Source: Chiloscyllium plagiosum (taxonomy: Eukaryota). Taken from it: a DNA stretch of 64,000 nucleotides. A program made the position numbers and the translations under genes. The stretch's first letter is position 1, and every line of letters begins with the position of its first letter. Below the pieces are notes generated by a model, which saw only the letters and a program-made list of their open reading frames with translations, was not told the origin of the DNA and did no database searches. Shown one piece after another: positions 51,348-64,000 of this stretch. The stretch is taken from positions 11,389,540 to 11,453,539 of the forward strand of contig NC_057749.1 of assembly GCF_004010195.1 (NCBI RefSeq), written 5' to 3'.

Positions 51348-52840
51348 TACTGAGGCCTGCAGAGTTCCACTAGTTGCTGGCGGCCGTCCTGAAAAATAAT
51401 CCTTTATCTCCTCTCTCTGCCTTCAACCAGTCAGCCAATTCCTTATCTAAGCAAATGCATAGTCCCTAACTCTGTGTATTCTGATCTTATTGAGCATAAT
51501 TAATAGAGTCTGCTTTGGTTTTAAAGCTGAGAGCACTGGGCGTGTTCCTGAATCAAGAAAATATTACCAGGGTTCTCCAGTGACCTAATTTTATGTTCAA
51601 CTATTAGTTTTTGTGTAGCTTAATTTTTGGCAAAAGTGCTTTCATGAAAATTACACAGTCAGCAAATCCTCCCTGTTTCTCTGCATTGCATTCCTGTGGT
51701 ATGTTATGGTCAGTTAACATTGTTCATAATGAAATGCTTGTTTAAGTAATTTTGTTTCATCAGCATCTGATTATTACTGAGGATTGTTTTCTCTGGAACC
51801 TAAAGAAGAGCAATGGCAAAGCCTTGATGCAGTCTTTGAACACTGGTTCATGCTGAGGGGGATGTGCATACCGGTCTTAAAGTCATAGAGCTATAGAGTC
51901 ATATAGCTTTAAATACAGACCTTTCAGTCCAAACCATCACGCCAACCATGTTCCCAAACTAAACTAGTCATATCTTACTGCGCTTGGCTCCTACCTCTTC
52001 AAACATTTCCTATTCTTTGTGTTGTAACTGCACCTGCACCTACCTCTTTCTCTGGCAGTTCATTGTACACACAAACCACTGTCTATTAAAAAAAAGTTGC
52101 CCCTCATGTCCTTTTTAAACCTGTCTCCTCTCACCTTAAAAATATGCTCCCTAGTTATGAACTCCCCCACCCTCCAGAAAAGGTCCTTGTATTTCACCTT
52201 ATATATCCCTCTCATGATTTCATAAACTACAATAAGGTTACCTCTAACCTCCTACCCTCCAGGGAGAAAAGTTCCAGTCTTTCCTGTTGACTTTTATATC
52301 TCAAACCCTCCATTCCTGGCAACATTGTGTGAGATTTTTTCTGCACCCTTTTAGGGTTTAATAATATTGTTTCTAAAAGAGGGCGAGCAGAGAAGTGCAT
52401 AGAGTAGTGCAGAAGAGGCTTCGTCAATGTCTTGTACAACTTCAACACAATGTCCTAACTGATATGCTGGTACTCAAAGGGCTGAGCAATGAATTGTACT
52501 AAGTGCAGCCTTAACCACCCTTTCTACTGTACGCAAATTTCAAAGAATTATGTACCTGACGACCTAGGTGTCTCTGGACAACACAACCCCGATCCTTACT
52601 ATTAATTGTACAAGTCCTGTCCTGTCCTTGATTGTATTACCAAAATGCATTACCTCGCATTTATTCTAATTAAACTCCATCTGCCACTTTTCAATCCATT
52701 GACCCACTTTTCACTATTGCATCATGGAGTCCTTAGAGATGTACAACATGGAAACAGACCCTGCAGTTCAACTAGTCCATGCCGACCAGATATCCCAACC
52801 TAATCTAGTCTCATTTTGGTAGCACGTGGCCCATATCTCT

Positions 52841-53164
52841 GTGGGCGGCACGGTGGCACAGTGGTTAGCACTGCTGCCTCACAGCGCCAGAGACCCGGGT
52901 TCAATTCCCGACTCAGGCGACTGACTGTGTGGAGTTTGCACGTTCTCCCCGTGTCTGCGTGGGTTTCCTCCGGGTGCTCCGGTTTCCTCCCACAGTCCAA
53001 AGATGTGCAGGTTAGGTGAATTGGCCATGCTAAATTGCCCTTAGTGTTAGGTAATAAGGGGTAAATGTAGGGGTATGGGTGGGTTGTGCTTCGGCGGGTC
53101 GGTGTGGACTTGTTGGGCCGAAGGGCCTGTTTCCACACTGTAAGTAATCTAATCTAATCTAATC
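52841..53164 (+). mobile_element. HE1/V-SINE, young subfamily
   Basis: Full-length with (TAATC)n tail and atctct on both flanks. Confidence 0.95.
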
Positions 53165-53499
53165 TCTCTTAACCTTACCTTTTCATATACCCATCCAGAT
53201 ACCTTTTAAATGTTGTAATTGTACCAGCCTCCACCATTCCTCTGGAAGCTCATTCCACACACGCACCATCCTTTGTGTGAAAAAGTTGCCCCTTGGGTCC
53301 CTTTTAAATCTTTCCCCTCTCATCCTAAACCTATGCCGTTTAGTTCTGGACTCCACCAGGGAAAAGACCTTGTCTATTTATCCTATCCAAGCCCCTCGTG
53401 ATTTTATAAACCTCTATAAGGTCACCCCCTCAGCCTCTGACGCTCCAGGGAAAACGGCCCCAGCCTATTCAGCCTCTTGCTATAGCTCAAACCCTCCAA

Positions 53500-53692
53500 G
53501 GAGAAAGTGAGGATTGCAGATGCTGGAGATCAGAGCTGAAAATGTGTTGCTGGAAAAGCGCAGCAGGTCAGGCAGCATCCAAGGAGCAGGAGAATCGACG
53601 TTTCGGGCATAAGCCCTTCTTCAGGAATGCTTCTTGGATTCTCCTCCTTGGATGTTGCCTGACCTGCTGCGCTTTTCCAGCAACACATTTTC
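53500..53692. mobile_element. Penelope inverted-arm insertion
   Basis: TSD agctcaaacc[c/t]tccaa (53484-53499 / 53693-53708). Intact hammerhead-like core at 53597-53624 on minus. Confidence 0.9.
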
Positions 53693-55545
53693 AGCTCAAA
53701 CCTTCCAACCCTGGCAATATCTTTTGTAAATTCTTTCTGAACCCCTTCAAGTTTCAGAACATTCTTCCGATAAGCAATTTTGTTGTCACCTTCAAACTTA
53801 CAAACCATGCCTCCTATATTTACGTCTAAATCATTTCTATAAGTGACAAACAAAAGTAGACCCAATACCAATCCCTGTGAAACATTCCTGGTCGCAGGCC
53901 CCCAGTTCAAAAAACAACCCTCCACCACCACTTTGTATCTCCTACCATAAAGTGAATTTTGTATTCAATAGGCAAGCTCACCCTGAAACCCAAGTGATTG
54001 TAACTTTACTATTTAGTCTACCGTGTGGAACTTGTCAAAGGCTTAACTAAAGTCCGAGTAAACAATGAATACCATTCTGCCCTCATCAATCTTCTTGGTT
54101 ACTTCCTCAACAAACTCAGTCAAATTTGTGAGACACAACTTCCCTTTCTCACAACCATGCTGATGATCCCTAATCAATCCTTGCCACTTCAAATGCATGT
54201 AAATCCTATTTTTAAAATCACTTCCAACAACTTGCCCGCCACTGTCAGACTTGCGGTCTGTATTTCCAGGCTCCTCCTCAAAGTATTTCTTAAGCAATGG
54301 CAGAACATTATCCACCCTCCAGTCCTCCACTTGTGTGTATAGATGTACAAATACTTCCGCTGGAGGCTCCGCAATTTGCTGCCTAACTTCCCACAACATC
54401 CTGGATATGCTCAATCAGGTTCTGGAGATTCATCTTCCTTTGTTTTCTAAGCCTCCTGCACTTCCTCTCCTGTAAAGGTGTGAACTGTTCTCAGAAAATG
54501 AGTATTCAATTTCTGAGTTCTTTAGCCTCCATTTCTTTCTCAACAGTAAAAGCTGACATCAGATAGCAATTTAATATCCTTCCATCTCCTGAAGTTCAAC
54601 ACAAAGATAACCTTGTTGATCTTTAAGGAGCCCTACTCTGTCTCTAGTTGCTCTCTTGTTCTTAATGATTTTGTACAATCTTTTGGATTATCTTCAGTGA
54701 TTCTATAGTCATAGAAATCTTCCTGATTTCCCTCGCAAGAAAGACCCTACACTCTTTATACTCTTCGTGAGATTCAATTGTCAATGTCTAACATATAATT
54801 CTTTTTATTCTTGACTAGAGCCTCAATATCTTTATCCATTGTTCCCTAATCTTGCCAGCCTTGCCTTTCACTCTAACAGGAGCATAATGTTTTTGAACTC
54901 TCATTATCACACTTTTGAAGGCTTCCTACTTGTCAGTTGTCTCTTTACCTCTGAACTGTTTATTCCAATTAATTTTTGAAACTTCTTGTCTTAAATCCCT
55001 TAAAATTTGCCATACTCCAATTAAGAAATTTAATTTTTACGGAAGAACTATTTTAAAACTAATGGTATTATGATCACTAGTCTCAAAGTGGTCCCTACCT
55101 AACACATCAGTCACTTGACCTGCCTTATTTCCCAAGAGAAGGTCAAGTTTTGCTCCTTCTCTGATAGAAACATTCACATATTGATAAAGAAAATTTCCTG
55201 GAACACATTTAACAAATTCTTCACCATCCAAGTCTTTAGCACTGGCAGTCCCAGTCTATGTTTGAAAAATTAAAATCCCCTACTATCACAACTTTATTAT
55301 TCTTGCACATATTTGAGATCTCTGTTTTGCTTCATTATTTCCAGCTGACTGTTGGGGGGGACCTATAGTACAATCCCATTCAGGTGATCGTCCCTTTCTT
55401 TCTAATTTTAAGCTATATGTTTTTACTAAATGATCCCTCAGAAATATTTTCTCTAATTAGAGTAGTGATGTTACTCTTAATCAAAAATGCCACACCCCCC
55501 TCTTATCTTGCATCTCTCTCTGTCCTTCCTATAACTCCTAAAACC

Positions 55546-55666
55546 CTGACGAAGGAGCAGTACTTCAAAAGCTTGTGATTTCAAATAAACCTGTTGGACT
55601 GTAACTTAGTGTCGGATGTCTTCTGACTTTGTCCACCAGTCCAACACCAGCACCCCCATGTCACAT
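55546..55666 (+). mobile_element. Short Penelope (third family) pLTR insertion
   Basis: ctaaaacc on both flanks. Starts CTGACGAAGGAGC. Confidence 0.75.
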
Positions 55667-55796
55667 CTAAAACCTGGAACATTGTGCTGCTAGTCCTGTC
55701 TTTCCCTCATCCAGGTTTCTGTAATAGCTTTGATGTCCTAGTCCCATGTTCGCATACACGTCCTGAGTTCATCAACCTTACCTGTAAAACCTCTTG

Positions 55797-55920
55797 GAGA
55801 AAGTGAGGACTGCAGATCCTAGAGGTCAGTCAAGAGTGTAGTGCTGGAAAAGCCCAGCAGGTTAGGCAGTAAATGAGGAGCAGGCGAATTATGTTTGGGC
55901 ATAAGCCCTTGATCAGGACG
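55797..55920 (-). mobile_element. Short Penelope pLTR insertion
   Basis: gagaaagtgaggactgcag...gggcataagcccttgatcagg, with ctcttg on both flanks. Confidence 0.8.
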
Positions 55921-56562
55921 ATCTCTTGAGTTGAAATAAATGCAGTTTAATTCTTCAGAGTTACTTCATTGTCTGACATGCTCTGGTCTGTCTTTTCTAA
56001 TTAACTTGCTCTTTTCTGAATCAGAACCAACTTCTCTTGCTTTCTATTTTCACTGTTATTTAGGAAGTCTCCACACCCCTGAAAAAGTTTAATTTTTGTG
56101 ACTTGTGACGATGGATATAGTGTATACATAATAAATAATAACATCGTGCACCCAGTGTTGTTGTTTGGCTGTGACTAAGCTTCTAATGAATCAAAATGAC
56201 ACACACCTAAAAGTTTCCAATTCTGTCATTTTTGTTTTATTGTACAGAGCATAGAACGGGTCTGTCACAGTAGTTTGGTCATACAGAAGCTTGTGTCGAG
56301 CATTTTGACTAATGAGAATTGGTGGTTATTCTGTCTACTTATTTGTACGTTGACAATCCAGTGCAATTCCAATGCTGTGCAGTGATAAAGGGTATATGAA
56401 CCACTCGACATGTTTAGCAGAATTTCATAAAATGTGTAAAATAGCTTGTGAGAACTTGGAGATGGGAAGGATCCGACTCAGCTTTGCACTGCATTGTGGA
56501 TTGTTAGATTACTGAGTGTCTTCATTTAAAGTTGTGATTGCACTCTGAAAATTGTACCGTTT

Positions 56563-57330
56563 TTAGAGTCATAGAAATGTACAACATGGAAACAGACCAT
56601 TCGGTCCAACTTTCCTTGCTGACCAGATATCCTAAATTAATCCAGTTCCATTTGCCAGCATTTGGCCCATTTTCCTGTAAACCTTTGCTATTCATTTAGC
56701 CATCCAGATATCTTTTAAATGTTGCGGTTGTACCAGCTTCTACCACTTCGTCTGGCAGCGCAATTTTTATACACACCACTCTGTGGGTAGAAAAAAGTCA
56801 TCCCTAGGGTCCCTTTTAAATCTTTCCCCTCTCACATTAAACCTTTGGCATCTAACATTGGACTCCCTCACCCCAGAGAAAAGACCTTGACTATTTATTC
56901 TATCCATGCCCCTCATGATTTTATAAACCTCTGAAAGGTCACTCCTCAACCTCTGCTTCAAGGAAAATAACTCTACTCTATTCAGCCTCTCCCTATAGCT
57001 CAAGCCCTCAAACCCTGGCAACATTTTTGTAAATCTTTTCTGAACCTTTTCAATTTTCACAACATCCTTCCTATAGCAGCAAGACCATAATTGCACACAT
57101 TACTCCAATGGTTGCTTAACCAGTGTCCTATACAGCCACAATATGACCTCCCAACTCCTCTATTCAATGCACTGATCAATACAGGTAAGCATACTAAGCA
57201 CCACCTTCACTATCCCATCTACCTGCGACTCCACTTTTAAGGAACTATGAAACTGCACTCCAAGGTCTCTTTGTTGAGCAACATCCCCAGGACCTTACTC
57301 TTAACTGTATATGTGCTGCCCTGATCCAAA
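56563..57330 (-). mobile_element. CR1/HER1-like 3' part
   Basis: KDVVKIEKVQKRFTKMLPG. Confidence 0.9.
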
Positions 57331-59366
57331 ATGTAAGAATATGATTACCTGAGCATTGGTGAGCCACTTGGTTGTTTGTTCTACACTTCCAAAGTGGTGA
57401 ATTTCCAATGATGGAAGACATACTACTGCTACAGCTTATTGACCCTGCTTGACATTTTATAGCATTGGTCATTTGTTGATGAAGGACAGGACATAGATGG
57501 GCTTAACGACACCCTTGCACCTGCCACTTGGTAACCTGGGGGTACTGAAGCTGTTTTTAGAACCAGGAATGCTACCCAACCGAGGATTGCAGTATGGACT
57601 GGCTCCAACCTGGGCTTTCTGGATTGTGGCTCAGTACTACACTGAACTGAACCTTTGGAGACTGAAATGGTTTTAACCCAATGTAATTTAGTTTCTTAAT
57701 GTGACATTTAACTTTCAAAAGACCTTCTTGAATAGGTTCATCCACCTACTGAATCAGGAAATTTTCTTGTATACACTTAACACATTGGAGGGTCATTGTG
57801 GACATGTTGGGCTGAAGGGCCTGTTTCCAAACTGTAGGGAATCTAATATAATCAAAAACAAGGATTAAATAAAGTACATTAACACTTCAGGAATTTCAAG
57901 AGTCTTTTCTTGACTCCGTATTTACCCTCTCCAATCTCAGTAAATTACTCTTTGATCTTAGTTCTCATTGTCTATCTGTTGCTCCTTTTTGTTTTCTCAC
58001 TTCGTTAATTCATTTTTTTTGTGTGGAATATTAGCCTCAAACATGTCTAAAGAAGAGTCATACTGGACTTGAAATGTTAGCTCTGTTTCTGTCTCAGATG
58101 ATGCTGCCAAGCCTGCAGAGCATCTCCAGGAATCGTTGTTTCTTTGAGATTTGCATCTGCAGTACTTTTCTTTCAGCTGAGGATTTAATTGTTTGGACTT
58201 TGAATTGGTATGGCTTTGGGAAAAGTACCATTAATTGGTGAAACTCTTTGCGTAGATGCATTGCTAGTTGGGGTTGCTTTTGTGTGCAGCTGTGTATGAC
58301 TGTAGGATGTATGAGTAGAAGTAGGCCATTCAGCCAATCAAGATCACTCCACTGTTCAAAAAGATCATGGCTGATTTGATAATCCTCAACTCCACTTTCC
58401 TGCCTTTTCCTATAACTCTTGATTCCCTTACAGATTAAAAATCTATCTTTCTCAGCCTTGATCATACTTAGCCTAGTGTTTAAGCCTTCTGTGGTAAAGA
58501 ATTGAGGGAAGTAATTCCTCCTCATCTCTGTCTTAAATGTGCAACCCCTTATTCTGAGAAATGTAAACTTGTAACCTAAGATTTTTTTACAAATCATTAC
58601 TGGTGGCAATTTAAATAGTCAAGGCCATAAAAAGGTAAATAATTTCTCAAGGTAATATGCAAAAGCAGTGAGATGATGAATTTATGCAAGACTTATGCAA
58701 CCTTGCAGGCATTGCAACTGCCATATTTGCCGACAGAAATCATTACATAATGAATTACTTGTTGAATTGTTAAGTATTTTGACAGATTTTGTGGAAATTA
58801 CAAGATAAACTTAATTAAGCTCATAGCAATCTGAATAATGGTCTCAGTGCACATCCGCTTGTTTACTAAAATGTAAAGCGAGAACAGCTTTTGGGTGACT
58901 GACCTTCGTTGTGTTGGCAGCAGAACACTATATATGATTACAGTACTTATCCTCATTACTGACTCTGTTGAAATGGTCTGCCTATCAGTTTTCATTAATA
59001 CCATGATACAAATTCTAGGGCGATCTGGAGAACAGATTATTTAGCTTATTGAGATCTTTGAAAGGCACTTGATTAAAGATTGCAGTCTTGGAGATGCAGC
59101 ATTATTTGCAGTTTCTCAAAGTATGCTGCAATTGAAATGCCAACATAATTCAACTGAGCCTTTGGAAATGAGATGTGACAGACATGTCTAGTAGCAATGT
59201 CTTGTACCATATCGCACATAACACAGAATATCTTGTGAATGGACAATGGGGCTATAATGTAACTAAGGGCAGACAGAGAATATTTGGTGTAGGCTGCACA
59301 TCTTAAATAATGAAAGTTGTAGTAAGTTAGCAGGCAAGCAGGTTTGAACCCCAATACTGACGGCAA

Positions 59367-60300
59367 CACAGGAACAGGTGTAGGCTATTCAACCAGTTAA
59401 GCTTGCCCCATCACTCAATGTGAGAATGGCCTTATCAAACATTTCAATGTCAATTTACCCCACTTGGACCCCATAATGTGCCTTTTGTAATTAAAAATTT
59501 GTCAGTCTTTGCCTTAAACATAGTCAAAAGATTGAGCTCCAAAGTCCTATGTGGTAGAGAATTCCACAGGTTCATCAACCTCTGAGTAAACACATTCTTC
59601 ACAGCTCAGACTGAAGTAGCACCCACCCCCCACTTTTAAATTGTGTCCCCTAGTTGTAGGGACCCCGAGCAGGGTAAGTATTTTGGCTGCATCTACCCTG
59701 TCTGTCTCTTTTAAGTATTTTGTAAGTTTTAATAGCGATTACCTCTCATTCTTCAAAACTCTCGACAATACAAGCCTAGTCTGCCCAGTCTATCTTCAGA
59801 GGATAGTTTATCCATCCTAGAAACAAATCTGATGAACTGTTGTTGCATTCCCTGTATAGCAGTTATAGTACTCCAGCAATCCAAGTGCCATCTAACCAAG
59901 CTCCTTTACAATTCAAGCAAGATTTCTCTGCTCCAGTACACTCACTCCCTCTTGCAGTAAAGATTAATAGCCCATAAGCCTTCCTAATAGCCTACTGCCC
60001 CTAAATGAGCTGTCAGTGACTTATCAAGGTCTCTTTGAATATATGCAATTTCCAATCTCTTACCATTTAAGAAAAACTGTTTCTCCTTTCCTCGCATCTT
60101 TCCGCATTGTATTCCACCTGCGATGTTCTTGCCATTCACAAAGCCTGTCTAAATCTTCCTTAGCTGCTTTACATCTTTCTCAGGACACATATTCCCACTT
60201 AGTTTTGTATAATACGCAAATTTGGAGAATATTTCATCTGGCTCGCCCCTGCAATTATTGATATATAATGTGAACAGTTGGGGCCTAATACCAATCCTTA
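59367..60300 (-). mobile_element. Old CR1 3' part (another fragment at ~58310-58560)
   Basis: acaggaacaggtgtaggctattc tail, agagaattccacagg, ctctgagtaaa. Confidence 0.75.
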
Positions 60301-60314
60301 CACTAAAAGGAAAA

Positions 60315-60530
60315 GGTAAAGTTGCCATTGTCCTACCAGATCATTGGACTGCTCTTCTATTATGAAGAGACAACTTGATGGTGATTTAACCTGGGTCAAC
60401 ACATCTGAGGTGAATAAAGAAGTTGAAGTGGAGAGTCCTTCATTGTAACCTCGGCCATTGTGAGAATTGAACCCATGTTATTAGTATCACTTGACAAACA
60501 GGCCATCCAACCAATTGGGCTAACCAACCA
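60315..60530 (-). mobile_element. tRNA-derived SINE of a non-HE1 family (related copies at ~60682-60785 + and ~63075-63250 +)
   Basis: A-box ggttagc.cagttgg and B-box gggttcaattc.cac. Shared 3' end ggttaaat.accacca...ggcaacttta. Confidence 0.65.
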
Positions 60531-63319
60531 CACTGATCCTCAGTTATAGCCTGCCAATGTAGATTGACACAATTCATCAACTGAGCCGCAAGGATTTCCT
60601 GAGGATTAGAAATTGGCCCTGACTTTGCTGTGGTAATGTTGAAGTGGTCAACTGCACTGAAACTAATAGTTATTTTGTATGGGGGTTGGTCAGCTCAGTT
60701 GTCTGGATGGCTAGTTTGTGATGCAAAGTGATGCCAACGGCATGGGCTCAATTCCCACACCAGCTTAAATAACAATGAATGTTAAGCCACTACTGCTAAG
60801 GTCTGGTAAGACTTTACCTTTTAATTGGTAACCTGGTTTTTAACTCCATAATTGTCATATCTTAAGCTTTTTGTTGCTGACTACAAAATCTGAGCTGTAA
60901 AGATTGACTTTCTAGTGTTATGTATCCTGGACACTGCATTTTATGATGTTGCTAACATAATTTGGTGTTTTAGAATCCTATAATCTTATAGTACACAAGG
61001 ATGCCATTTGGCCTATAATGTCTACCAGCTCCTGAAAGAGCTACCCCAACTAGTTTTATTGTATTAAAAATAATTTCCATGTTTGAGTTCTGTTGGTGTT
61101 TCTGCAGCTTGCTTTGTGCAACAGCAACCAGGTCTGGAGTACTATCCCGAAATCAACTTCCCTCAGTTTCAAAAAAAAGAGTCCAATTGGACTCAACATT
61201 AACTCTGTTTTTCTCCCTACAGGTGCTGCCAGATGTGATAAGATTCTCCAGCACTTTAATTTTTACAATAAAAATGTATAACTGTTTGGGATATTGAGCA
61301 CTGAGGATTTATACAAAACAGTACAGCACTGAAATAAATCATCAGCCTGTGTCACTGTTTCTATTCATTGCAAGTAACAGTTCCCATCGTGTTTACCCAT
61401 GTTGTTTCCTTTTTCCTTTTCCTTCTTCAACTTGGTTTATGCCTCTGTCACCAAGCGTACAAGAAAACTTTGCAGCCTTTAACTTTGAAATTTCTTGTGT
61501 CCCCATTCTGAATTTGGAGTGAATCTTGTACCTATGAGTATTCATTTCAGACCCTCAACTTGTATAAACAGAATGCTTCCATCTTCCTTTTTTTTATAAT
61601 TTAAAGATTGGTAATCACTTTGTAATGTGCATTGTTCTATCCGAATTAGATCCAGTTTTCAATTTGTATTTGTGTTTTCCTATACCAGGCTACATTTATG
61701 TTACACTGCAAGGTTCAGTTAACTTCTATTCCCTCTCGCATGGCTGACTATTTGGCTTGAAATATACAAAATTAAGGTTTTGGGGGATTTTGTTTTGTTG
61801 ATTTAACTGTGCCATCTCTTTATTGCTTTCAAATGGAATAAGTTCATTAGTGGGAAACGTGGTTCACTGAGCAAGCTGGATCTGACTTAGCCTGCTAAAT
61901 CTTAACTCTACTGAGTTGAAACTTAGCTTACCAAATAAGGCAAGCGGTTTGAGAGGCTGCAATTTGGGATTCCTAGTTGCCTGCATGGGAGACAAGCTGT
62001 TGAGTTGTCAGCTGTGCTTTACTATCTGATAATATACACCCATGAATAATTATATTTGGTTTCAGAAACCAAAGATTTTTGCTACGTCTTTTGAGCAGCT
62101 GTGCTCTCCTCTGGAGCTGTTTCCTATCCTGAAGGAAGGAAATGCTCAGGGAAGCAGAAGGACACTGATAAGAAAATCTGCCAGTGTTACAATCATACTT
62201 TATTACTTTAAACCTCTTAAGTAGAGAAACTAAACTTGGAAGCAGGTTGGCGGGTTGGGGGCTTTCAATGTTCTTAATGTAAATATTTTGAATGCTAACT
62301 TTGTCCAATCTATAATCTGCCTTTGTAGAACCACAAAGTAGTGGCTACATTGTTATCAGAAAATGCCTTCAAGGCCGCTTTTGTTGGAGACTGCTGATAA
62401 CTTTGTTAATTATTTGTTTGAGATATGTGACAGGGTGATGTGGGAGTGGTGCCTTTTCAAAGGCACTTCAACTGCATCCAAAAGAGACCCTTCTGCAAAT
62501 GTTATCATTCTTAATCTTCTGAATCATCAATATTAGTGCATGTCTTTAAGGCATTCTGGATAAAAATGATACATTGAGTTTTTTGTTCACTTTTGATTCC
62601 ACAATTTTTCAGCAAAATAATTTTCTTGTCTTTCAACTGTCTTTTCATTGCTTTGCATAATTAAAAGGTTATGTACTGAATTTAGAGATTATAACTTTCT
62701 GACAAACTCTAATGTTGTATATGTAAGCAACTGTTCCTGTGATTAAAACAAGTCTTTTATAACTGGGTTACATTAATATCTCTGGTGGGTAGAGTTTTGT
62801 ATTTAATTTTATCAAATTGGTTACTAGCCTGCACCTCTGAAGTGGGGATCCATGTGTTGCATGTGTCATAAAAAAAGTTTATATACCCAAAGCTCTTCTC
62901 AGTCAACCAGTTTACTTCCTGTAATTTTTTAAATATTCATTAATTGCATGGGGCATCACTGAGCCAGTAAATATTACCTTTCCCATTCCTGTAAGCTACT
63001 GGAGAAAATTGGCTGATAAAGCTTTTCACAGTAACGATAAGTAAGGTTAACATTCTTGGAGTTATGTAGTGGAGTTACACAGGGTTGGGTTGTGCTGTGT
63101 TGTCAACATAGTTGCACATAAAAGATTACCATGCAGATTCAGCCTTTTCAACCCCACCCCTTGTCTGAGGCACGGTGCCCCGCAGGTTAAATTTGCCACC
63201 AGTAATCTTTTTCTAATGAGTGAACAGTCCTCTGGGACTGTGGCAACTTAATCTGACCTTTTGACATTTTTTTTACTCTTTTTAGTGCTGACATTTGCTT
63301 TCAGGTCATCTACAGAGAA

Positions 63320-64000
63320 TGTCTACTAAGATACCAGATCAGGTGGAAAGTTTATTATCTTTGCTTGCCTAAGATAAAAGGCAAAGGTATATGCCAAGTC
63401 CTTAGTTGCTTAATGGTGACGATGCCACGCTAGAGTTCCGTTCTGAAGAAAGATGACAGCAAATGGACAGTCTCATTTGGTAATTATCATCAGAAAGAGA
63501 CAGTCATGGTCCAGGATGTGGCCATATATCTCATTGATAGTGTGACATTGGATGTTAATGAAAGCCTCCTGTATCTTAGCTTCACAGTCACCAGCAGTCT
63601 GTCTTGATGTTGAAATCTACATTTGTACAGCAAAAGCGGCAGCTGTCATGACCATACAGTAAGATGGTACGGAACAACTGCGACCTGACAGAACACCAAA
63701 CTTCACATCCACTAACCCATCTTAAAAGATTTCTCTACGGTAGTAAAGCCAAGAGACCACATGCTCGGCAGAAGGAAAGGCTGAATAATTTCAACTTTCT
63801 CTTTATCTCAGATGTGTCCTTTGTGTCTCTTCTTCCTGAAGAAGGGCTAATGCCCGAAACGTCGATTCTCCTGTTCCCTAGATGCTGCCTGACCTGCTGC
63901 GCTTCTCCAGCAACACATTTCCATCTCTTTGGCAAGACAATGGCTCTAATTCGGAGCCCCGGAACCTACTCCTTGCTACTTGGGATGGCTCAAATGTACT
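63320..64000 (+). mobile_element. RTE-clade LINE RT fragment
   Basis: TRSGGK, (F)GDDA, VMVQDV, LYGSKA..T.ARQK.RLN.F, WQD remnants. Confidence 0.75.
63831..63929 (+). mobile_element. Young Penelope pLTR insertion with intact hammerhead-like core
   Basis: CTGAAGA-A-GGGC-taat-GCCC-GAAAC-GTC at 63836-63863. Interrupts the RTE. Confidence 0.9.

Larger units (their letters stand above)
51880..55990 (-). mobile_element. Long degraded CR1 with nested CR1 3' fragment, SINE and Penelope inserts
   Basis: AKLDLLLGNKAGQV, QHGCEKGKLCLTNL, VSQGLVLGLLLF. A second CR1 tail starts at ~52725. Confidence 0.9.

Noticed and set aside
52841..52915. tRNA genes
   Set aside because: The A/B-box sequences are SINE heads continuing into the V-domain.
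62050..62224. Possible exon after tttggtttcag
   Set aside because: No convincing donor and no recognisable protein similarity.

Overview
Vertebrate genomic DNA. The repeat families (HE1/V-SINE, CR1/HER1-like LINEs, Penelope, Rex1/Babar, Harbinger) point to a cartilaginous fish, most likely a shark. About two thirds of the window, by eye, is nested transposon debris, and there is a 500-N gap at 10678-11177. The only host-gene feature I can support is a CpG-island promoter (~28400-29060) with a short first coding exon, MSARAAGVVGK|gt (28993-29025, +). It resembles exon 1 of TJP1/ZO-1 as I recall it (MSARAAAAK, phase-0 intron). I found no exon 2, so the rest of the window is probably intron 1. 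Highlights: (1) a young Penelope insertion with a perfect 14-bp TSD, about 500 bp upstream of this promoter, whose two inverted arms enclose a 137-bp reverse-complement copy of the neighbouring promoter; (2) three or four Penelope families carrying minimal hammerhead-ribozyme motifs with covarying stem II, whose truncation and inversion breakpoints cluster at that motif; (3) an intact 730-bp solo LTR with a 4-bp TSD. Boundaries of old repeats are approximate and all family names come from recognition, not database searches.
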